Positions 30,613 through 39,841 of a DNA stretch of 64,000 bases are shown here, piece by piece. Origin of the DNA: Chitinophaga pinensis. Lineage in GTDB: Bacteria; Bacteroidota; Bacteroidia; Chitinophagales; CAMDFR01. The notes below the pieces were generated by a model. That model had not been told where the DNA came from. It searched no databases and saw only the letters and a program-made list of their open reading frames with translations. Made by a program: the position numbers and the translations under genes. Each line of letters starts with the position of its first letter. Positions within the stretch are counted from its first letter, which is position 1. The stretch is taken from NCBI GenBank assembly GCA_945897725.1, contig CAMDFR010000013.1, positions 2,969 through 66,968 of the forward strand. The letters run 5' to 3'.

Positions 30613-33018
30613 ATGAAAAAACTTAACAATTTATTAATCTTCAGCTTCGTGTTCTGCATCAGTTTGATGCTTGCTAAGCCAGCCTCTGCAACAGTTTGCG
30701 GTACAGATACTGTTCGATTTACCATGGAAAAAGCGACGGGATATGGAACCCTTGCCATTAATAATTTAAGCTCTGCAACAGCCCTTGCACAGTTTTATAC
30801 AGCGCCACAAGCCATTACTATTTATGGTTTTGATTTTTATGGTCGTTCAGAAACCCTTCCCACCATGACCCTAATGGCCTATGTGTATAGAGCAGGTGCG
30901 GACTCCTTGCCAACGGGTGCTCCATTAGCAACAGCGAGTATTGTAGTGGATTCAAGTACCGATACGAATCTAAATCAAGTGGTGTTTTCAACGCCACTGA
31001 CGGTAACCTTTCCATATTTATTAGTTGTTTCGAATCCATCGCCAGATAATTTTGCCATTTTCTCTAATGATTGGTTGGTAGGTGATGGTGCTTTTGATAA
31101 TTTATCTTCTGCCTTGATAGGAAGTGTCTGGTATGCAGCAGCTGGATTATCTGTGGGTGGCGCTCCATACAATGCAGATGCGATTTTTAACCCTTATGTC
31201 TCCTATACTATTGTAGCAAATGATAGCATTACACCAGTGCCATATTGTAGTGGTAGTATGGCCAGAGTAACAGATCGATCGTCTGCCATACTTCATGACC
31301 CGATGTATAGCGTCGCTGCTTTTTATAATGTAGATAGTCTTCAGTTTACATATGACATAACTGGTTTCCCTACTATTTATGATGATAATTTTTCATTTAC
31401 AGTACCAGCTGTTGGTACTTATTCGGTGGTGCAGACTGATACGATGTTTGCTTGGACAGATATATGTGTGGCAAGCATCACTAAGAGTATGACTGTTATA
31501 ACAACGCCAGCAACTCCTTCAAGCATTACTGGTCCTCCTACCATGTGTTCAGGAGGAGTAGCCACCTATCATACCACTCCAGTTCCTTATGCTACCTCAT
31601 ATGTTTGGACCTTGCCTTCGGGATGGACAGGTACAAGTACCTATGATTCTATTACCGTGATTGCGGGATCAAGCAGTGGAAATATTACAGTGTATGCGAG
31701 AAATGGTTGTGGCAATAGTGGTACGGCCACATTGGCTCTTGTTTCAACCGGAACGATTGCGATTCCAGGAGTCATTACAGGAGTGACCAATCCTTGTGCA
31801 GGAACCACTGAGATGTATTATGTTGCGCCAGTTTTTGGCGCTAGTTCTTATGCTTGGACCTTACCAGCTGGATGGACAGGAACTAGCACTACAGATACCA
31901 TTTATGCCACTGCAGGTACTGGCTCTGGTAATATAGGTGTTTCTGCGGTAAGTATTGCTTGTGGTCGATCTGCGCCAAGTACTTTATTATTAACGCCTAG
32001 AAACGTTCCTAATGTTAGTGCTGCCACTATTTTTGTTCCGACTCCAGTATGTGCGGGGACTTCTTATTTGATGATTGCTTTAGGCGTAAGTGATGCTGTA
32101 AATTATACTTGGAGTTTACCAAGTGACTGGACAGGTAGCAGTACCAATGATTCGATGTTAACCACTGCAGGTATGATGAGTGGTTATGTGGTGCTTTCTG
32201 CCACCAATCTTTGTGGTGTGAGTTTGCTTGACTCCACGGCAGTAAGTTCTATTTCTGTACCACCAGCACCAGGAGCCATCTCTGGGGATAATACACCTTG
32301 TTTTAATGGAGCTGCTGATTACTCTATTGCAGCGGTATCTACCGCTACTTCATATACTTGGACTTTGCCGCTTGGTTGGTCAGGATCCAGTAGTACCGTC
32401 TTGATGCAAGCCACCAATAATAGTAGTTCAGGAATCATATCTGTTGTAGCGAATAATGTTTGTGGAAGTAGCACTGCCAGTACTTTGGCTGTTACACCAG
32501 CAGCATCAGGGATCACAGCTACTGCTTCACCAATCAATGCTTCTTCTTCTACAGCGGGCGATGGTTCGATTAGCCTTAGTGGTACAACAGGAGGAACTGC
32601 CCCTTATCAATATGCTATAGATAGTGTGACTTTTCAAAGTAATCCATATTATGGTGCCTTGTTACCTGGTACTTATACCATCACCATTAGAGATACCAAT
32701 GGATGTATGAGCAGTTTGTCTGTGGATGTTTCCTTTAATTCAGGTATCCGAAATACAGACCTACTTCAAGCCATCCATATTTTCCCTAATCCAGCTAGCT
32801 CCTTTATTACGTTAGATGCTAAGTTTAGTCATCTGTTAGGCAAACTAGAGCTTTCCATTTTTGATCTTATTGGTAATAAGTTGATCACACATGAATATTC
32901 TAATTTAAATCTAGTGAATAGATCTATTGATGTTTCATCGCTTAGTGCAGGTCAGTATATTCTAAAGATGACGATGGATAATGAAGTGTATAATGAGAGA
33001 TTCACTATTATAAGATAA
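30613..33018 (+). CDS. T9SS-sorted surface/adhesin-like protein with four tandem PKD-like repeats and one SprB-type repeat
   Basis: Signal peptide. Four units of about 80 aa each carry C..G....Y......A.SY.W.LP.GW.G.S........SG.I.V.A.N.CG.S. One unit, GDGSISLSGTTGGTAPYQYAID...LLPGTYTITIRDTNGC, is SprB-repeat-like. C-terminal IHIFPNPASSFITL...LSAGQYILKM is a T9SS sorting domain. Confidence 0.85.
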   Translation: MKKLNNLLIFSFVFCISLMLAKPASATVCGTDTVRFTMEKATGYGTLAINNLSSATALAQFYTAPQAITIYGFDFYGRSETLPTMTLMAYVYRAGADSLPTGAPLATASIVVDSSTDTNLNQVVFSTPLTVTFPYLLVVSNPSPDNFAIFSNDWLVGDGAFDNLSSALIGSVWYAAAGLSVGGAPYNADAIFNPYVSYTIVANDSITPVPYCSGSMARVTDRSSAILHDPMYSVAAFYNVDSLQFTYDITGFPTIYDDNFSFTVPAVGTYSVVQTDTMFAWTDICVASITKSMTVITTPATPSSITGPPTMCSGGVATYHTTPVPYATSYVWTLPSGWTGTSTYDSITVIAGSSSGNITVYARNGCGNSGTATLALVSTGTIAIPGVITGVTNPCAGTTEMYYVAPVFGASSYAWTLPAGWTGTSTTDTIYATAGTGSGNIGVSAVSIACGRSAPSTLLLTPRNVPNVSAATIFVPTPVCAGTSYLMIALGVSDAVNYTWSLPSDWTGSSTNDSMLTTAGMMSGYVVLSATNLCGVSLLDSTAVSSISVPPAPGAISGDNTPCFNGAADYSIAAVSTATSYTWTLPLGWSGSSSTVLMQATNNSSSGIISVVANNVCGSSTASTLAVTPAASGITATASPINASSSTAGDGSISLSGTTGGTAPYQYAIDSVTFQSNPYYGALLPGTYTITIRDTNGCMSSLSVDVSFNSGIRNTDLLQAIHIFPNPASSFITLDAKFSHLLGKLELSIFDLIGNKLITHEYSNLNLVNRSIDVSSLSAGQYILKMTMDNEVYNERFTIIR

Positions 33019-33035
33019 TAGCGAAGATGCTCCAA

Positions 33036-33078
33036 TAAAAAAACGCATTTCATCTTTGGATGAAATGCGTTTTTTTAT
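33036..33078. terminator. Bidirectional rho-independent terminator between convergent genes
   Basis: An A run, AAACGCATTTCATC-tttg-GATGAAATGCGTTT, then a T run. It can serve both the + strand adhesin gene and the - strand kup. Confidence 0.85.
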
Positions 33079-33089
33079 TTAAAATATTT

Positions 33090-35033
33090 TTAATGAATTC
33101 TTTTCAACTCAATTTCCTCATCATGCGAAAGGATAAGAGGCAAGGATTCAACTGTAACGTGTGTCAAATCTAAACCAAATGCTTTCTCTTCGGATAAAGA
33201 GAATTTCTTTAACCAGAAATACATATACATGATGATGCGGTCGAAGAATTCTAATTGATAAGGATCGGACAATAATTTTTCTATCACAATAAATCTGAAA
33301 TCGCCGGAAACATTATGCTTTCGAAGCGAAGGGTGGCGACTAATGATATCGATTTCTTTGTTCTCCACTAATTTTTCAATGACCTCATGAAATAGGAAAT
33401 TAATTCTTGGCTGTTCACGAAAGCCTAATTTAAAATCCATTCTATACAATACGCCAGGGATGAGTACTTCTAATTTATATTCTCGATTGTAAGGTACTTC
33501 AAGTGTGTCTACATGCACCAACCAGTATACATCAGCACGTTTTGGCTTTTGATTTAAAATGCTGTAAATATTTTTTGCTTCAATTTCTGAAGAATAATTT
33601 GCACTGGTGAGATACACAAGATTAGATGCATATTTAGGCACCGTTTCGTCCATGCTTAAATCTTTAAGTACTTCATAGTATTCCTCGATTGGAAGAAATC
33701 GTACATATCTATTTTTTACTTTTCTAGCTCGATGCCAGGTGTACATCACCAAGAATAAGATACTACCGATCATGATGGTGAACCAGCCTCCATCAGCTAT
33801 TTTGTGTACATTGCCGATAAAGAATACCGTTTCGATACCCAAGAAAACAATTGTAAAAAGAGCTACGAAAATTTTGTTTACTTTTCTTGAAACCAAAAAA
33901 ATACTCATCAAAATTGTTGTCATCAACATACAGACTGTGATGGATAATCCATATGCCGCCTCCATTCTGCTAGACTCTTCGAAATGCCATACCACCACGA
34001 TACATCCGAACATCAATAACCAGTTGATGCCTGGTGCATAAATTTGTCCTCTTTGTTCGGAAGGGAATTGAAGTTTGACCTTTGGCCAAAAATTTAAACG
34101 CATGGCTTCACTGATGAGTGTAAATGAACCCGTGATCAATGCTTGACTGGCAATGATTGCAGCCATTGTAGCGATTATAATTCCTGGAATTAAAAACCAT
34201 TTGGGCATAATAGCATAAAAAGGATTCTCTGTAAAAGTGCGTCCTACATAATGTAAAAGAAAGGCACCCTGTCCCATGTAGTTCAATACCAACATTATTT
34301 TTACAAAAATCCAACTGAGTCTGATATTGTTTTTACCACAATGGCCGAGGTCTGAATATAAAGCCTCTGCACCTGTAGTACATAGAAAAACAGCTCCTAA
34401 GATAGCGAACCAAGAAGGATTTGAGATGAGGAGTGTAGCCGCATACATTGGATTCAACGCCTTTAAAACGATAGGATCTTGAATGATTTGAAACAATCCA
34501 AGTACACCAAGCATGCTAAACCAAACAAACATGATAGGACCAAATAATTTACCAATTGTTTTAGTACCAAATTGCTGAATGATAAAAAGCAAAACGATGA
34601 TGGCAATAACGATTGGAATGGTTGGTAGATTCGGAATCTTTATCAGTAAGCCTTCTATGGCAGATGCCACTGAGATAGGGGGGGTGATAATACCATCGGC
34701 CAACAATGCACAACCACCAATCATGGCAGGTAATAAAAGCCATTTGCCTTTTCTTCGCACTAAAGAAAAAAGAGAAAAAATACCACCCTCACCTTTATTA
34801 TCTGCGTTTAAAGTAATCCAAACATACTTGATGGTAGTCTGCAGTGTAAGTGTCCAGAACACGCAAGAAATGGCACCAAGAATTAAATTTTCACTGATGG
34901 TTAAGCCACTGATAATGGCCTTGAAAACGTATAATGGTGAGGTACCAATATCTCCATAAATGATACCTAATGTAATTAATAAACCGGCTACCGTAAGTTT
35001 ATTGAAATGTCCGTGATTTTTCACTTTACCCAT
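33090..35033 (-). CDS. kup: KUP/HAK/KT family potassium transporter
   Basis: N-terminal GDIGTSPLYVFK signature, 12 TM helices, and a cytoplasmic C-terminal domain. Length 647 aa. Confidence 0.95.
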   Translation of the reverse strand: MGKVKNHGHFNKLTVAGLLITLGIIYGDIGTSPLYVFKAIISGLTISENLILGAISCVFWTLTLQTTIKYVWITLNADNKGEGGIFSLFSLVRRKGKWLLLPAMIGGCALLADGIITPPISVASAIEGLLIKIPNLPTIPIVIAIIVLLFIIQQFGTKTIGKLFGPIMFVWFSMLGVLGLFQIIQDPIVLKALNPMYAATLLISNPSWFAILGAVFLCTTGAEALYSDLGHCGKNNIRLSWIFVKIMLVLNYMGQGAFLLHYVGRTFTENPFYAIMPKWFLIPGIIIATMAAIIASQALITGSFTLISEAMRLNFWPKVKLQFPSEQRGQIYAPGINWLLMFGCIVVVWHFEESSRMEAAYGLSITVCMLMTTILMSIFLVSRKVNKIFVALFTIVFLGIETVFFIGNVHKIADGGWFTIMIGSILFLVMYTWHRARKVKNRYVRFLPIEEYYEVLKDLSMDETVPKYASNLVYLTSANYSSEIEAKNIYSILNQKPKRADVYWLVHVDTLEVPYNREYKLEVLIPGVLYRMDFKLGFREQPRINFLFHEVIEKLVENKEIDIISRHPSLRKHNVSGDFRFIVIEKLLSDPYQLEFFDRIIMYMYFWLKKFSLSEEKAFGLDLTHVTVESLPLILSHDEEIELKRIH

Positions 35034-35183
35034 GATGATGTTGTGTTATAAGCGGGTGCAAAATTAGATAATTGTTTGCCTCAGTTTGCTATAATTTAAA
35101 AATAAAAAGAATCAATATCAAAAGTAGAGCATTGGCCAGTTTGAATGCATAATCTTGTACGCAATACTGTGAACATGTAGCCT

Positions 35184-36362
35184 TTATTCTACGTAGAGGA
35201 CTAAGCCCTTTAGATATTCACCTTCTGGATGGTAAATAGAAATGGGATGATCTTCTGGTTGGTGTAACTGATGTAAAATTTTTACTGTTTTTCCACTTTG
35301 TGCTGCCGCTGTGAATACAGCCCTTCTGAAATCATCTTTTGTAACCACCTGCGAACAAGAAAAGGTGAATAGAATGCCACCCTTGTTCAATGCTTCAAAA
35401 CCTTTTTTATTCAGTCTAGCATAGCCTTTCAGCGCATTGTCTAAAGCATTGTTATGTTTCGCATAAGCCGGAGGATCCAAAATAATCACATCATATTTTT
35501 CAGTGTCATTGGTCAGAAATGCGCCAACATCATTTCCTACTGACAGATGTTTTTCTGTTTTGCCAAAATTTAACTCAATGTTTTTATCTACCAAGGCGAT
35601 GGCTTTAGCAGAAGAGTCAACACTTGTAACATGCGTAGCTCCTGCCTCAAGTGCAAAAACAGAGAAGCCACCTGAATAGCAAAAAGTGTTTAAGACTTTT
35701 TTGTCTTTCACGTATTGTTGCAAGAGTTTTCTATTCTCTCTTTGATCAATAAAAAAACCAGTTTTCTGTCCGTCCACTGGCTCGATCAGAAATCTATGGC
35801 CATATTCTATTACTTCGCTATTGTCTGTTTGTCCATATAGAAAGCCATTTTCAGCAGACGTGTCAGCTTTAAACGGAATGGTACCTTCACTTTTATCATA
35901 AATGCTATGCACCTTGTCGCCCAGTATTTTTACCAATGCATCGGCAATGATTTGTCTAGCATTATACATGCCCACGCTATGACATTGCATCACCACAAGA
36001 CCATTGTAATAATCAAGAATCAATCCCGGCAGGCCATCACCTTCGCCATGTACCAGTCTGTATACATTGGTATCGGCTCTTTGTGACAATCCACAAATCT
36101 GTCTAGTATGTATCGCCGCAGACAATTTATGATGCCAAAATGCAGCATCTATTGCCACCTCTTCAAAACTTAAAATGCGCAATGCAAGAGAGCTTTTTTG
36201 ATAATGTCCCATGGCAATAAAGCGCCCTTCATGGTTTTCTAAGCGCACGGTATCACCTTCCTCTGGCTGGCCTTTTATCTGACCTATAGCCCCAGAAAAT
36301 ATCCATGGATGCTTCCTTTCAATCGATTTCTCTTTGCCCTTCTTTAGTTGTAAAATTGTCAT
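35184..36362 (-). CDS. Class I SAM-dependent rRNA (cytosine-C5) methyltransferase, RlmI-like, with a PUA domain
   Basis: N-terminal KHPWIFSGAI (PUA/EEHEE region), and SAM motifs VLNTFCYSGGFSV and IILDPPA. Confidence 0.85.
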   Translation of the reverse strand: MTILQLKKGKEKSIERKHPWIFSGAIGQIKGQPEEGDTVRLENHEGRFIAMGHYQKSSLALRILSFEEVAIDAAFWHHKLSAAIHTRQICGLSQRADTNVYRLVHGEGDGLPGLILDYYNGLVVMQCHSVGMYNARQIIADALVKILGDKVHSIYDKSEGTIPFKADTSAENGFLYGQTDNSEVIEYGHRFLIEPVDGQKTGFFIDQRENRKLLQQYVKDKKVLNTFCYSGGFSVFALEAGATHVTSVDSSAKAIALVDKNIELNFGKTEKHLSVGNDVGAFLTNDTEKYDVIILDPPAYAKHNNALDNALKGYARLNKKGFEALNKGGILFTFSCSQVVTKDDFRRAVFTAAAQSGKTVKILHQLHQPEDHPISIYHPEGEYLKGLVLYVE

Positions 36363-36556
36363 TTATATGAAACGTTTCTTTTGCAAAAGTAGAGGTTTAC
36401 AAACTTAGATTGAGAGGAATCGTGCTTGGACTTTGTCAGTAAGAAGAGAGACTGTTGTCAAAAATATACAATAGTGTATAAGCTGTGTTCGGGCTCCACT
36501 ATAAAATTCTTACTTTTGTAATCCTTTTTATTGCTATAACGAATTATAACACCATT

Positions 36557-37867
36557 ATGACTAAAGTACTATCGCTTTTTATCTGTCTCTTTGTTACTAT
36601 ACAAAATAGTTGGGCCAATGAGTTGCCTTTTCATGATTTGTTCAGTGCACCAAAAGGTGCGGAGAGCAGCGAGACAAATATGCCCTTCTGGATAGGAATC
36701 AATAAAGATTATAATAAGGTAAAGTCACATCAAGCATTTAAGGATGTGTTGAGGAATAGCCATTGCTCCGCAGCGACCATGGAAGCCATTCAAAAAAACT
36801 GTGGTCATACTTTTAACATTGGCAAGATAAGTGCAGGTGCGGAATATTGCGTGTTGAGCCCCAAAGTGAATGATTCCATCTTTCCACCTTCCTTTTTAAT
36901 CTATAATGAAGATAAAATCAATTATGTGGTTTTTGATTTGAATGATGCAACGGGGAAAGCAACGCGCTACGCCCGTCCTGTAGTGATCGAAGATAAAATT
37001 GCGGCAGGTATTGTAGAAGGCTCCATTTGGGAAACTTTCGATAAAAACAATATCAATCCTGATATCGCTTCTCAGTTATCAGATATTTTTGCCTATACCC
37101 TAAACTTTTTTAAAGTGAAGAAAGGAGATAAGTTCAAAATTATGTATACCGAAAAATTAGTGAACGGTGAGAGCATTGAAATCATGGATGTGAAAGCCGT
37201 TCTGTTTAATTATGGTGGTAAAGAATATTATGCTTTTGCCAATAAGAATGGCAATAAAACGGACTATTATGACGAAGAAGGTAAAAGTTTAAAAATGAAA
37301 TTTTTGATGGCACCGGTGAAATATTCACGCATCAGTTCCAAATATAATACACATCGCTTGCATCCTGTAACCGGCGTGGTAAAAGGACATTTCGGAACAG
37401 ACTTCGCAGCTTCTCAGGGAACGCCTATTTTTGCCACAGCATCTGGTGTGGTGGAGGAAGCTAAATTCGGCGTGTACAATGGCAATTATGTAAAAATAAA
37501 GCACGACAAAGTCTATGAAACACAATATCTACATATGTGTCGAATTGCCAAGGGCATGCGACCAGGTAGAAAAGTGTCGCAAGGCGAAGTGATTGGATAT
37601 GTTGGTAGCACAGGCTTAGCGACAGGTCCACATGTTTGTTATCGTTTCTGGAAAAACAAAAAACAAGTCGATCCCTTCAAAGAAATGGGTGCCAAGGCAT
37701 CTTTTATGTCAAAGGCAGAGCAGGATGCATTTATCGCCAACATTCGACCTGTGAAAGCAGAATTGGATGCATTCGATTATACTGCTGCCCATCCAGTGCT
37801 CGATACCTTTATGGTTAAAATGCCTATGGATAAGGATTTGATTGTAGCGGTTGAAAAAGGAAAATAA
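36557..37867 (+). CDS. M23 family metallopeptidase (LytM-type), secreted
   Basis: HFGTDFAA...GTPIFA and STGLATGPHVCYRF (HxxxD / HxH metal ligands). ATG 36557 gives the signal peptide MTKVLSLFICLFVTIQNSWA. The track's GTG start at 36485 adds a 24-aa extension. Confidence 0.85.
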   Translation: MTKVLSLFICLFVTIQNSWANELPFHDLFSAPKGAESSETNMPFWIGINKDYNKVKSHQAFKDVLRNSHCSAATMEAIQKNCGHTFNIGKISAGAEYCVLSPKVNDSIFPPSFLIYNEDKINYVVFDLNDATGKATRYARPVVIEDKIAAGIVEGSIWETFDKNNINPDIASQLSDIFAYTLNFFKVKKGDKFKIMYTEKLVNGESIEIMDVKAVLFNYGGKEYYAFANKNGNKTDYYDEEGKSLKMKFLMAPVKYSRISSKYNTHRLHPVTGVVKGHFGTDFAASQGTPIFATASGVVEEAKFGVYNGNYVKIKHDKVYETQYLHMCRIAKGMRPGRKVSQGEVIGYVGSTGLATGPHVCYRFWKNKKQVDPFKEMGAKASFMSKAEQDAFIANIRPVKAELDAFDYTAAHPVLDTFMVKMPMDKDLIVAVEKGK

Positions 37868-37910
37868 ACCTCTCTCAGCTAACTACACTCTGAATACTTA
37901 ATATTTTTTT

Positions 37911-37993
37911 TGGAGCGTTTTCCTGCTCTTCACTGCTATCTTTTTGCTGAGTGCAAGTGCAAAAAGGAGATTCGTTTCGATCAGGGCTAAGCA
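37911..37993 (-). repeat. GC-rich hairpin intergenic element, copy D (inverted)
   Basis: Reverse complement reads CGAAACGAATCTCC-TTTTTGC-acttgcactca-GCAAAAA-GATAGCAGTGAAGAGCAGG, which parallels copy G. It also shares TTCGTTTCG and AGGGCTAA words with copy E. Confidence 0.5.
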
Positions 37994-38089
37994 TTTGTTT
38001 TCAATAAGTTTCCCATCCTTCCTTCAAAGTTTCCACTTTATCTACTCTATGTGCAGGAATTTTTTCTTGACGAAAATCTACCGTTTCCG

Positions 38090-38130
38090 AAAAATAAAAA
38101 AGCCTTGTATATGATTATATACAAGGCTTT
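38090..38130 (-). terminator. Rho-independent terminator downstream of tRNA-Leu
   Basis: On the minus strand: AAGCCTTGTATA-taatca-TATACAAGGCTT followed by TTTTTATTTT. Confidence 0.75.
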
Positions 38131-38144
38131 CGCTTAATTAATTG

Positions 38145-38224
38145 TGCCCCAAGTGGGAATCGAACCCACACACTTTCGTACACGATTTTGAGTCGTGCGC
38201 GTCTACCAGTTCCGCCATCAGGGC
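38145..38224 (-). tRNA. tRNA-Leu (anticodon CAA), class II with a long variable arm
   Basis: Reverse complement is GCCCTGATGGCGGAACTGGTAGACGCGCACGACTCAAAATCGTGTACGAAAGTGTGTGGGTTCGATTCCCACTTGGGGCA. Anticodon arm CACGA-CTCAAAA-TCGTG, T arm GTGGG-TTCGATT-CCCAC. CCA is not encoded. Confidence 0.9.
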
Positions 38225-38296
38225 ATATTACAAAAGAACAATTTTGGAGTGCGAAGATAATAAAAAATATTCTCTCTACTCACTATTTTTTAGGAA

Positions 38297-39706
38297 TTAA
38301 ATTCCAAACTTTTTTAGGATATCGTTGCCATTGGCAAAGACCATGAGGGCGATGAGTATAGCTGTACCTACCGTCTGCACATATTCTTGAATCTTTTGGC
38401 TGACTGGTCTTCTTAGAATTCCTTCAATAATTAGCATTACCATATGTCCACCATCCAAGGCTGGAATGGGTAAGAAATTCATAAATGCCAATACCATAGA
38501 AATCATCGCCGTCATATGCCAGAAGTGCCCCCAATCCCACACAGGAGTGAACATGCCGCCTATAGATAAAATACCACCGAAGGATTCGCGCGCTGCAATC
38601 TGTCCTTGAAATAATTTTGCCAAGCCCATTACTTGCATCACGATCGTCCCAAAAGCATCTCTGGTGCCGTATTTGAAGGCAGAGGCAAAGGTATAATCGG
38701 TCATGGTATAGAAATCTTTTCTAGTCGTTGCTGGGATAAATCCGATGTTTCCTGCGCTATCTCTTTTAGTCGTTAAGCTCATCAATGTACCTGCTCTATT
38801 CACTTCTATAGATACTGTGGAATCTGCATAATTCATCTTTGGTAAAGTTTCTGGATGCCACATGCTCGTTAACGTAAAAGAAGGCGTTGTATATCTTTCG
38901 AACAATAATCTTTTAAAATGCCAGAAGTTCTGAACCGGCATGCCTTGTATGGAAATGATAGTATCATTTTCTCTGAAACCTGCTGCGTAAGCCATATTGT
39001 TGCGTAGAACAGAATCCATGATTACCTTCTCTTTCAAAGGCGTTAGGAATGGACTTTCTTTGCTTACTTGTTTGAAAAGATTGCCTGGCATATTTAGGAC
39101 ACTTTCTTTACCATCTCTTTCAATCGTAATTTTTCCACCCAAGAGCATCTTATATGAAATCATATCTTCTAGTCTATCTGGCTTTACCCCATTGATAGCA
39201 ACGATTTTATCGCCATCTTTAAATCCAATTTCTTTCGCTAGTTGTGAAGTATAAACGCCATGTTTATTAAAGGCTTCAGCCGATAGATAATCTTTATCAA
39301 AGACGCCTAAATAAAGGGTATAGAACAAAATACCAAAAATCACATTCATCACAATACCACCAATCATCACAATAAAACGTTGCCAAATGGGCTTTTGACT
39401 ATAATCGCTTGGTAAGGGTGCACGATCTTTTTCTTCTGGATCATCACTTTCGTCAACCATACCTGCTATTTGCACATAACCACCTAAAGGAAACCAGCCT
39501 AGGCCATATTCTGTATCGCCTTTTTTAAATTTGAACAAAGCGAAGTTCATGATAGTAGGAATGGGAAACAAAAAGTCGAAGAATAAATAGAACTTCTTCA
39601 CCCTGATGCCAAACATTCTTGCCGCTAAAAAGTGACCCATCTCATGTACAAAAACCAATATGGTTAATGCCAATAATAATTGCCCAGCTTGAATTAATAT
39701 ATTCAT
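38297..39706 (-). CDS. rseP: RIP metalloprotease RseP (site-2 protease, M50 family)
   Basis: HEMGHFLAAR zinc motif in TM1, a central PDZ region, and the C-terminal NFLPIPALDGGH motif. Confidence 0.92.
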   Translation of the reverse strand: MNILIQAGQLLLALTILVFVHEMGHFLAARMFGIRVKKFYLFFDFLFPIPTIMNFALFKFKKGDTEYGLGWFPLGGYVQIAGMVDESDDPEEKDRAPLPSDYSQKPIWQRFIVMIGGIVMNVIFGILFYTLYLGVFDKDYLSAEAFNKHGVYTSQLAKEIGFKDGDKIVAINGVKPDRLEDMISYKMLLGGKITIERDGKESVLNMPGNLFKQVSKESPFLTPLKEKVIMDSVLRNNMAYAAGFRENDTIISIQGMPVQNFWHFKRLLFERYTTPSFTLTSMWHPETLPKMNYADSTVSIEVNRAGTLMSLTTKRDSAGNIGFIPATTRKDFYTMTDYTFASAFKYGTRDAFGTIVMQVMGLAKLFQGQIAARESFGGILSIGGMFTPVWDWGHFWHMTAMISMVLAFMNFLPIPALDGGHMVMLIIEGILRRPVSQKIQEYVQTVGTAILIALMVFANGNDILKKFGI

Positions 39707-39841
39707 GTAATAAGTTTAAAAAATTGACTGCAAATGTAAGACTATTTAAGACTTTTGAGTTGGATTTTACAAGAGGAGGGACGATTTAGCAAATATTAAT
39801 AGAAGGTATTTCTAGTTGAGCCCGAACAGTCTTTAGACATT

